Source: an uncultured delta proteobacterium (GTDB lineage: Bacteria > Myxococcota_A > Polyangia > Polyangiales > Polyangiaceae). From it: a stretch of 64,000 nt of DNA. Made by a program: the position numbers and the translations under genes. Below are positions 43,050-51,709 of the stretch, piece by piece; position 1 is the stretch's first letter, and every line of letters starts with the position of its first letter. The DNA lies in the NCBI GenBank assembly GCA_963716725.1, contig CAVQUB010000006.1:96001-160000 (forward strand), given 5' to 3'. The notes below the pieces were generated by a model. It did no database searches. It was not told the origin of the DNA and saw only the letters and a list, made by a program, of their open reading frames with translations.

Positions 43050-43718
43050 ATGAGCTCGATCCCGTCGTCGGCCGTGGCAACGCTCGCGTTGGCGCTGGCA
43101 GTTGGCTGCTCCCGCGGCCCGGAGCCCTGCGTCTCCGCAGGGACCTGCCCGGCAGGGCAGGAGTGCTTGGCCAACCGCTGCGTCGTCGCCGGCGGCGATC
43201 CCGTGTCAGCGGACAGCCAGCGACTGGTGCTCGAGCCCATCGAGATGGCCGTGGTCGAAGGCCGCGGGCGCGACCCCAGTGAGCTGCCCGCCGCCATCAC
43301 CTTTGGCAGTAGCGCGACGACGACAGCGACCCTCTATCTGAAATTCCCCCGCGCGTGGCGCGACAAGCGACGCGTTGAAGCTGCGTTCGTGATCCTCGAG
43401 CCCATGGCGGCGACCTTCGGCTCCAACGACGACGTGAGCGTCGCTGTCTGGCGCGTCGGCGAACGTTGGCAGCCCGCGGCGCTCGCGCTGGCCAAACAAC
43501 CGGCGCTGCTCCCCCCGCGGGGCCGTGGCATCGCCCGATCGGCGCCGCCAAGCCCGCTGCGCATCGACGTGACCGAGATCGTCCGCTACCTCGCGAAGAA
43601 CCCAGCCAACGACCACGGGATAGCGCTGCGCGCCTCCCCAGGTGAATCGGCGGGCGCGAGCTTCGCGACTGGCAGCGCCGGGGGACGCAGCCCGCGGCTC
43701 GAGATCTACGTGCGCTGA
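43050..43718 (+). CDS. lipoprotein with a Cys-rich N-terminus and a DNRLRE/CBM96-like domain
   Basis: Lipobox VGC, LYLKF, IDVTEIV, NHG-like (NDHGIAL) and PRLEI. Confidence 0.6.
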   Translation: MSSIPSSAVATLALALAVGCSRGPEPCVSAGTCPAGQECLANRCVVAGGDPVSADSQRLVLEPIEMAVVEGRGRDPSELPAAITFGSSATTTATLYLKFPRAWRDKRRVEAAFVILEPMAATFGSNDDVSVAVWRVGERWQPAALALAKQPALLPPRGRGIARSAPPSPLRIDVTEIVRYLAKNPANDHGIALRASPGESAGASFATGSAGGRSPRLEIYVR

Positions 43719-43782
43719 GCGATCTCACGCTCGGGCCCTGCCCCTGTTCGCGCCCTCGGAAAAATGCTCTAACTCGTCGGCG

Positions 43783-44793
43783 ATGAGTGACACGTTGCTC
43801 CGCGTGGAGCATCTGACGACCGCCTTCCACACCGACCGTGGAACGCTGCGCGCCGTCGACGACGTGTCCTTCAGCCTGAAGAAGGGCGAGACTCTGGCGG
43901 TGGTCGGCGAGAGCGGCTGCGGCAAGAGCGTGACGGCGCTGTCCATCATGCGCCTGATCCCGTCCCCGCCCGGACGCATCGAGTCCGGGAAGATCGATTT
44001 TCTCGGAAAAGAGCTGACCAGTCTGCCCGAGCCCGAGATGCGCAAGGTCCGGGGTGACAAGATCTCGATGATCTTCCAAGAGCCGATGACCTCACTGAAC
44101 CCCGTCTACTCGGTGGGAGCTCAAATCGTCGAGGCGATCCGCATTCATCGCAAGGTCAGCCGCCGCGCAGCGCGAGAGCGCGCCCTGAAGATGCTGGATC
44201 TGGTGGGCATCCCCAGCCCGGCCGAGCGCATCGACGCCTACCCCCACCAGCTCTCCGGCGGCATGCGCCAACGGGTCATGATCGCCATGGCGCTGTCCTG
44301 CGAGCCTGAACTCTTGATCGCCGACGAACCCACCACCGCGCTGGACGTGACGATTCAGGCGCAGATCCTCGACCTGTTGCGGCGCCTCCAGGAGGAGCTC
44401 GGCATGAGCATCCTGTTCATCACCCACGATCTCGGAGTCGTCGCCGAGTTCGCAAACGACGTGGTCGTGATGTACGCCGGCCGCGTGGTCGAGACCGGCA
44501 GCGTGCGCAGCATCTTCGCCGACCCGCTCCACCCCTACACGCAGGGCCTCCTGGCCAGCGTGCCTCCCATGGACTCGTCCCGGTCCGACGGCAAGCCGCG
44601 GCGCCTGCCCACCATCGACGGCGTCGTGCCCGACCTGGCTCACCTGCCCAAGGGCTGCCGCTTCGCCGATCGCTGCGCGCTCCACGCCTCGGGCAGCATC
44701 GACGCCGATCGCTGTACCAGCGAAGAGCCGCGCTTCACCGCCCGCGAAGACGGCCGCGGAGCGCGCTGCCATTTTTCGAAGGGGACCCATTGA
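43783..44793 (+). CDS. dppD: oligopeptide/dipeptide ABC ATPase DppD/OppD
   Basis: [34 protein letters not shown] and a C-terminal Cys motif. Confidence 0.92.
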   Translation: MSDTLLRVEHLTTAFHTDRGTLRAVDDVSFSLKKGETLAVVGESGCGKSVTALSIMRLIPSPPGRIESGKIDFLGKELTSLPEPEMRKVRGDKISMIFQEPMTSLNPVYSVGAQIVEAIRIHRKVSRRAARERALKMLDLVGIPSPAERIDAYPHQLSGGMRQRVMIAMALSCEPELLIADEPTTALDVTIQAQILDLLRRLQEELGMSILFITHDLGVVAEFANDVVVMYAGRVVETGSVRSIFADPLHPYTQGLLASVPPMDSSRSDGKPRRLPTIDGVVPDLAHLPKGCRFADRCALHASGSIDADRCTSEEPRFTAREDGRGARCHFSKGTH

Positions 44794-45882
44794 GCGAAGA
44801 CTTGCCGCCCGACGCGGGTGAGGCCGACCTCGGCAGCTCGGGGCTCTGGGAGCCCCCCGTGCCGGATTCCGCCCGCCGCCGAGCCCGAGTCCGCGCCCAA
44901 GAAGCGCAAGACCCTGGTCCAGGTCGAGCGCCTCGCGAAGTTCTTCCCGGTGAAGAAGGGCCTACTCGGTCGCACCAAGCTGGTCCGCGCCGTCGATGGC
45001 GTGACCTTCTACGTGCGCCAGGGAGAGACCCTCGGGCTGGTCGGCGAGAGCGGCTGCGGCAAGAGCACGCTCGGGCGCGCGGTGCTCCGTCTGGTCGAAC
45101 CGACCTTCGGGCGCATCGTCTTCGACGGCAAGGACATCACGCCGCTCTCACAAGCCCAACTGCGTCCGCTCCGGCGGCGCATGCAGATCATCTTCCAAGA
45201 CCCCTACTCGTCGCTCAACCCGCGCATGACCGTCCGCGCCATCGTCGGAGAGGCGCTGCAGATCCACAAACTCGCCAGCTCGCGCTCGGAAGAAGAAGCC
45301 AAGGTCGAGGCACTGCTCAAACGCGTGGGACTGCGCCCCGAGGCCATGCAGCGCTACCCCCACGAGTTCAGCGGCGGCCAGCGCCAGCGTATCGGCATCG
45401 CTCGCGCGCTGGCAGTTCAGCCCGACTTCATCGTCTGCGACGAACCGATCAGCGCCCTCGACGTGTCGATTCAGGCGCAGATCGTCAACCTCTTGCTCGA
45501 CCTGCAAGAGGAGTACAACCTGTCGTACCTGTTCATCTCCCACGACCTGAAGGTGGTCGAGTACGTCAGCCGTCGCGTCGCCGTGATGTACCTGGGCAAG
45601 ATCGTCGAGGTGGCACCGGCGGCGATGCTCTACGAGAGACGCCACCACCCCTACACGCGGGCGCTGCTCTCGGCGATCCCCGTGCCCGATCCCGAGCGGC
45701 GCCGGCTGCGCATCTTGCTCGAGGGCGACGTGCCGAGCCCCATCGATCCGCCCTCGGGCTGCAGCTTCCATCCTCGCTGCTCCCGGGCCGAGAAGGGCAA
45801 GTGCGACGTGGAGAGCCCTCCACTGCAAGAGATCGAATCGGGCAGTCACCACCGCGTGGCGTGCTTCCACCCGTACGTGTGA
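44790..45882 (+). CDS. dppF: oligopeptide/dipeptide ABC ATPase DppF/OppF (frameshift near 44870)
   Basis: [31 protein letters not shown] and GCSFHPRC. Confidence 0.92.
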
Positions 45883-45954
45883 TCCCGGGCGGCAGCGGAT
45901 CGAGTTCCCGAGGCGCGCTGGCCCCGGGCAACGATCGAAAGTACGATGGGCCCG

Positions 45955-46340
45955 ATGGTGCTTCCCGTCCCGCGTGGCTTCAGCGAAGCCGAATACCTCG
46001 CCCTGGAGGCCGCGGGCGAAACCCGGCACGAGTTCGTGGGCGGGGCCATCGTCTCGATGGCCGGAGCCGAACCGCCGCACCATATTCTCTCGGCAAATGC
46101 CACGGCGCTGCTGGCGGCTTTGATCAATGGCAAGGCGTGTTGCTGGTCGAGGTGACCAGCGACACCGCCGAGGATTTCGATCGCGGCTCGAAGTTCGTGC
46201 ACTACCAGTCGATTTCCTCGCTGCGCGAGTACGTCATCGTATCGCACCGGGAGCGGCGGGTGGACCACCACCGACGCCTGCCCTCGGGACAATGGCTCGC
46301 GACCATCTCGAGCCGGCCCGAGGACGCGTTGATTCCGCCG
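45955..46340 (+). pseudogene. Uma2/DUF820 endonuclease pseudogene with an internal deletion
   Basis: EYLALE...[14 protein letters not shown] is joined out of frame to [28 protein letters not shown]. The segment with the PD motif is missing. Confidence 0.8.
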
Positions 46341-46574
46341 GGAGCGTGGGAAGCTCGAGAATCTGTCGAACAAAGGGTGATGGATGGATGGCAGCGACTG
46401 CGGCGGCGGCCATTCGTACGGGTCGCTGCGCGTCGCCGACGTGATCCATCGGCCGGCGGGGCACGGCCCGTGCGGCAGACCGGCTCAGGTCGTCGTAGTG
46501 GTTGGGAGCGTCGAGGCGGCTGGCGTGTGGAAGGTCGGCTGCCGTCGACGCTGCGTCAGCCGAGCAGCTTTGGG

Positions 46575-47444
46575 GCGTGCTGGACCGCCCAGCTCCGAAC
46601 CGGCGACGGCGTACTGCACGTTGTACCCGGGGCGAAAACCGCCATCGCCCATCTTCATCACTCTCGCTTCGGCGTCGGTCGTCGACGCGCGCGCCGGTTT
46701 GTCGCTCGGCTTGCGCGTCTTTTGCAGCTCCGTCACCGTCACGATCGCGGCCGCCACGCGCTCCTGATAGTCCCGGGCCGCCGCCGCCCGAGCCGCATGT
46801 TGGGCACGCATGTATTCCGGGTCGTCCGCTGCTGCCAGCACCGCCTCGAGGTGCAGCTTGGCCTGCTCCCGGCACTCCAGGAGCGAGCCGTACGTCCGAA
46901 ACGATGGCGCGGTGGCGGCCGCTCGAATCCGCGTGCCGTCCTGCGCCACCAGATCGAGCGACCGGAGCCCCTTGTGCATCAGCGACGCGAGGATGTCGGT
47001 CATCAACTGGTCGAGCGCCTCGCCGTGGTCGACGCGAAACGACGACAGCGTGTGATGGCTCACCTTCAGGTCCCCGATGATCCAGCGATACGCATCGTCG
47101 CTGCCGGTCAGGCGCTCGATCTCACGCGCGCTGCCGACGGCCTGCGAAATGGCGTACAGCCAGAGCACCAGCTTCATTCGCGGTGACAGCGTCTTGCGCC
47201 CGACCGTGCCCTCCACCGCCTTCACACCGTCGAGAAACGCGCCGAGGTCCAGCGTGCCCACCACGTTCCAAAGCACGCGCGCCGGGTGCGTCGGCGCAAG
47301 CGCCTCCTCCGGCAGCTCGAATCGGATCACGCACTGGCTCCGCTGCGGCTCTTTGACTCGTGGCTCGCCACCGCGCTCGTCGTTCATGCCTACGGAACAG
47401 GATCCAGCCGATTTCGATTTTCGGAGACTATCATTTTGGGGTCT
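46575..47444 (-). mobile_element. truncated IS1182-family element (transposase from ATG 47387; 3' part lost)
   Basis: Motifs HPAR, LWLYA..Q.VGSAREIERL, HHTLSSFR, QDGTRIRA, STTDAEARVMK and PGYNVQ. Homology ends at ~46575. The putative left end is GAGACCCCAAAATGATAGTCTC at ~47423-47444. Confidence 0.85.
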
Positions 47445-47547
47445 CCTCACATCTTCGTGGATGCGGGGAGTAGCCACCGTCGCGGAGGCCGCGCCGGCGA
47501 GTCGGGTCTTCGCCTGCACCAGGGGCTCCGGGGACGCCGGCGCTCCC

Positions 47548-48788
47548 TCAGCATCGCGCAGGCGACACGGTGGGGGTGAGCTCGGCGAGCGCCGCCCTGA
47601 GGAGCGGCTCGAGCCCAGGCTCGACGCCTCGAGCGCGCGCTTGCTCGACCGCGCGGCGAGCCTTCGCCGTGCGAAAGCCGAGCCGTACCAGTGCGGCCTG
47701 GATCTTCTCTGAGCTCTCGTCCCACTCGGGCGGCGCGTCCGGACCTGGCTTCTTCTCGGTCGCTTCAGCGATCTTCTTCCGGATGTGATCTTCGCCGAAG
47801 ACCTCTCGTGCGCGCAGGGCGTTGTGCGATGAACACAGGAGAGAGAGGTTCTCCACGGCGGCCGGACCGCCGAGCGCGTGCGGGTCGATGTGCTCGAGGG
47901 TGACCAAGCGCCGCTCCGAGCAGCGTCGGCCCTCGCCGTCGAGGTAGGTGCACTGCCCGCGGTCTCGCTCCCAGACGACGCGGGCGACCTCCACGGGGAC
48001 ATGCCGTGAGCCTGGCTCGATTGCGCGTCGCTTGCGCGGCTTGCCCGCGCCGAAGCGGCGCTTCGTCTCGGCCTCGAGCAACGCCTCGATGGCGCGCTCG
48101 AACAGCGCGGCGAGATCCCCGCTGGGGATGGCGTGGCCCAGGAGGTTCTGGGCCTTCACGAGCTTGTCGTGGAGCGCGGCGCTGGCGGTGAATTCGACCC
48201 AGTAGCTGGACGCGGAGAGCGGCTGCACTCGGGGCTTCGGAGCCGGCGCCGGCGCGGGCTCCGTGCACGCGCCGGGCGCCGCGGCGGAAGGACCATGCTC
48301 GAGCATGGTCGCTGGGCAGCCAGGCAAGGGTGTCACGCTCGGCAGCACGTCCGACCTTGGACGCGCTTCGTGACACCCGAAGGGCCGAAGGGGTGGAACC
48401 AGCGGGCCAGCAAACACTCGAGGTCACGCCGAGACTTGCCCCGAGCTTCGGCGAGCAGGGCATCGGCGTTCTCCGAGGTCAGCCGCCCCGACAAGAGGAA
48501 CAGGCCGGTCAGGTGGATTCGCCCGCTCCGGAGCTCGTCCAGGGCCTGGGGCAGGCGCTGGCAGAGCCGGGCCACGCCGACCCGCACCTGGGCCTCGTTC
48601 TCGGAGTAGCCGAGCCGCTCGGTGCAATACGAGGAGAGCGATGAGCACGCCGCCGCTGTGTACAAGCGGCGGCGGTCGAGCTCGCAGAGGTACGCGATGA
48701 GCTCGGCGGTGGCTTCGCGTTCGAGAGCCCGAAGGCTGGGCAAACGCGCGAGGAGAGCCTGGTTGTCGAGAGAGTCGAGCGCGAACAT
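47548..48788 (-). pseudogene. myxobacterial DUF222-like HNH endonuclease with a RuvA-C-like tail, broken by a 35-bp insertion
   Basis: N-terminal half ELDRRRLY..SSL..YCTERLGYSE. C-terminal half VWERDRGQC..RC..LEHIDPHALGG...NL.LLCSSHN and ALVRLGF. Removing 48361-48395 gives a continuous 401-aa ORF (..ARWF|PRSDV..). Confidence 0.82.
48361..48395 (-). mobile_element. miniature hairpin element, copy A (inside the HNH gene)
   Basis: Minus strand GTTC|CACCCCTTCGGCCCTTCGGGTG-TCACGAAGCGCGT|C. Confidence 0.7.
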
Positions 48789-48930
48789 GTCTCGGAATAC
48801 CACGAGGATTTTCGGTCCCGCCGCGGCCACCGAGAGCGACGAACGGGCAGCTCGACGCGTCGAAAGTCATCCGGGAGCCAGAGCGCCGTCGTGGATCATC
48901 CTCGCGCTCGCACGCGGCAGGTTTCGGACG

Positions 48931-48955
48931 ACGCGCTTCGTGATCCCCGGAGGGG
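48931..48955 (-). mobile_element. miniature hairpin element, copy B
   Basis: Minus strand GTTC|CCCCTCCGGGGA-TCACGAAGCGCGT|C. The hairpin TCCCC-CTCC-GGGGA includes part of the flank. Confidence 0.6.
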
Positions 48956-49277
48956 GAACTCGTCGCTCGCGTGCGTCGTGCGTCGAGAAACGTGTCGAGC
49001 GAAATCGTACGAGAAGCGTTCTTTTTCGATTCGCAGCCAGCTGAAGCGTGCGCCAGAACCACGATGCTTGCACACCCTCCACACAAAGGGGGTGCACGGA
49101 TTGCCGTCGGTGGGCTTGGCAGCGGCAGCGTCGTGGGTGTGGCGGCGCGCACGTGAAGCGAAGGTCTCCGGCTCCTGCCTGCGCTCGTCCACATCACGCG
49201 CATGCGCGGCTTCCTCGATGCTCAGCGCCGAGCCGCGGGCGCGCAGGGCCGGACCTCGCAGCAGAGCGCGCTCGTTC

Positions 49278-49412
49278 CACCCCTTCGAGTGTCCCCCGTC
49301 GGGGACTTGCCCCTCCGGGTACTTCCCGGGGACTTCCAAGGGTCGTCCCACTTCTGGGACTTCCAAGGGTCGTCCCACTTCTGGGACTTCCAAGGGTCGT
49401 CACGAAGCGCGT
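49278..49412 (+). mobile_element. miniature hairpin element, copy C, expanded with nested hairpins and 27-bp tandem repeats
   Basis: GTTC|CACCCCTTCG...GTCACGAAGCGCGT|C. Internal GGGACTTCCAAGGGTCGTCCCACTTCT is repeated ~2.7 times at 49329-49401. Confidence 0.65.
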
Positions 49413-49721
49413 CCTCGGTGCGCGGGTGCCACCGAGCGCGCTCCATTTCCGCCTGCCGCACCGAACCGACCCCGGACGCTTGGAAAGGGCTCCGCTCGAG
49501 GCCCCTCAGGGCTGCGGCGCCGGCGGGGGGGGGCAGTCCGGAAGCAGGCCTGCGAAATTGTGCGTGCGGGACGATTGCCGTCGCCGCAGTCGTAAGTGAT
49601 CGTGAACGCGTCGCTTCTTGCGCCCGTCCGGCCCGACTACCGAGCAAGACTGGCTTCAGACGCCCACGAACATGTCAGGAGAGCCTCATTTTTCGACAGA
49701 TTCTTTAGCCGCAACCGAGCT

Positions 49722-50204
49722 TCATCGGGCGGAAAACGGAGACCCCGCCATGCACGCTTCCTGAGTGGCCACTTGGGTGCCGCAGCCGCCGAACCACTTC
49801 ACCCAGCCGGCCGCCGTCGAGTCCTGGTGGACCACCCAGCAAGGCGCGTCCGGCCCAGAGGCAGTGCAGGTCATCATGGCGCCCGGAACGTTCTTCGCGA
49901 GCCAGCACCCGATGAACTGCTGCGCTCCGCCCGGATCCGCCGCGGGCCGTGCGGTGATCACCACGCAGGCGGGCGTGGCCTTGCACGACTGCTCGTTCAG
50001 GCCGTCACACTCGTTCGTCGTTCGGGGCTGACAGCTTTCGGTGGCGCTGGCGTCCCAAGTGCAGCCGGCCGTGTGCGCACACAGCTCCGCGGCGCGCCCG
50101 CGGCAGAACGAAGCCTGCTGCTGCGAGCCCGGGTCGTCGTTGTCGTTCGAGCAAGCGCCGAGGGCAAAGGCGCAACCAATCACAAATACGGTCCAGGGTT
50201 TCAT
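49722..50204 (-). CDS. Cys-rich lipoprotein
   Basis: GAGG RBS, lipobox LGAC and ~12 Cys in the mature part. Confidence 0.7.
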   Translation of the reverse strand: MKPWTVFVIGCAFALGACSNDNDDPGSQQQASFCRGRAAELCAHTAGCTWDASATESCQPRTTNECDGLNEQSCKATPACVVITARPAADPGGAQQFIGCWLAKNVPGAMMTCTASGPDAPCWVVHQDSTAAGWVKWFGGCGTQVATQEACMAGSPFSAR

Positions 50205-50238
50205 CGTGCCTCCTCTCATCGCATCTGGGTGTCCACGC

Positions 50239-51678
50239 TCAGTCCGCCGCGGCGTCTCGCTCGGGCGCCGGGCCCGGCCTGCACTCGATCAAGCTGAGCT
50301 CCATCGCAAGGCCGCGCGGTCGCGCCACCAGGAGCTTGCCCTTGGAAATCGCCAACAGATCGGCGCTGCGCACCGCCGGCTCCACGCCTAGCGCATCGAG
50401 CAGGTTCGCGCTGGGGCCGAGGGCCCCGATCCGGGTCGCATCCGAGACGCTGTCGAGCGAGAGCCACGCGTGGGGCGCGCTCGGATCCTTCGGGGCGTCG
50501 TCCACCAAGATCGCCGGCACCCCGACCCCGGGTCCGCGGTCGTCGAGCAGCCGCCGTTCCGCCGTGCCGTCGGGCTTCACGCTACCGATGTAGATCTGCC
50601 GCTCGTCCGTGCCTGGGGCTGAGTCGTCGTCGCGCCACGAAAACAAGAGCGATCCGTCCGGACCTGGGGCGAGGTCGAAGACCAGCACGTGAGAGTTCTT
50701 CGGCGTGATGGCCTTCGGCTCGGAGACCGCGACCCCGTTGTGATCGAGGGGAACCGCGCTGAGGTAGCGTTCACCGAGATCGACCAGGGACGGTTCGGGC
50801 AGGTCGGCCGACGCGCTCGCTGCGGGCTTGGGCAGCGGGGCCCTCGGTTTCGGCGCCGCCGTCCGGGAGATCCACGCCGCCCAGAATCCGCCAGGACGCC
50901 GGACGACGCGCGGTGCCTCGGCGTCTTCGCCGCGCAGCGATACGATGCGCTTCTTGCTGACGTTCGAGATGTCCTTGCGGGCAAAGCTCGAAGTGACGAT
51001 GACTCCGTGTTTGTCCGCGGCGCTCCACTCGTCCCAGATGGCGACGCCGCGCTCGGGACCGAGTTCGAGACTCGCCACCCGAGACTCGTCACGGCTGGAC
51101 GCGATCTCGGCGCCGAGCACGACCTCGGCCTTCGCCGCACCGGGCCGGATCGCCACCAACCGGAGCAACTCGCCGCCGGCATCGCTGTCGTGCACCAGCG
51201 CGACGAGATCCGCGTCGAACACCGCCAGCTCGGGAGGATCCGGATCGCCGTGCAGCCTGCCGAGCTCGACGAGCTTGCCGCCGCCCACTTCCGCATCGAG
51301 GAGCGCGACGGTCGCGATGGTCTTGCCGGCCCGCGCCCACAGCGCCGACACCGCGAAGCTACCGGCAAAGGGCACGGCTCCCCCGAGCTCCGCGGCGAAG
51401 GGCAGCGCGGGCTGGTCCAGCCCGTCGTCCGCTTCGTCCTCCGCGCCGGCGTCGGGAACGGCCTTGGTACCCTCGCCCAGGGTGAAACGCTTGCCCGGAA
51501 AGGGCTCGCTGCAACGCGACGCAATGGCCACCGGCGCCAGCGCCGCGCTCGGAGGCCCCGCGGGTGTGGGCTCGGGTGAGCGCCGTTTGCACGCGGTCGC
51601 CGCGACCAGCACCGCCAAAATCGGCACGAGCAGACGGGACGTGCGGCGCGAATTGCAATGCATGGCTCGGCGACGCAT
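50239..51678 (-). CDS. hypothetical lipoprotein
   Basis: Lipobox TAC and a long beta-rich ORF. Start uncertain. Confidence 0.65.
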   Translation of the reverse strand: MRRRAMHCNSRRTSRLLVPILAVLVAATACKRRSPEPTPAGPPSAALAPVAIASRCSEPFPGKRFTLGEGTKAVPDAGAEDEADDGLDQPALPFAAELGGAVPFAGSFAVSALWARAGKTIATVALLDAEVGGGKLVELGRLHGDPDPPELAVFDADLVALVHDSDAGGELLRLVAIRPGAAKAEVVLGAEIASSRDESRVASLELGPERGVAIWDEWSAADKHGVIVTSSFARKDISNVSKKRIVSLRGEDAEAPRVVRRPGGFWAAWISRTAAPKPRAPLPKPAASASADLPEPSLVDLGERYLSAVPLDHNGVAVSEPKAITPKNSHVLVFDLAPGPDGSLLFSWRDDDSAPGTDERQIYIGSVKPDGTAERRLLDDRGPGVGVPAILVDDAPKDPSAPHAWLSLDSVSDATRIGALGPSANLLDALGVEPAVRSADLLAISKGKLLVARPRGLAMELSLIECRPGPAPERDAAAD

Positions 51679-51709
51679 GATGCCTCGCCCGGACGGGGCG
51701 TGCTAGCGA

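Noticed and set aside
49329..49401. CRISPR array
   Set aside because: The 27-bp units are directly tandem with no unique spacers, and there are no cas genes.
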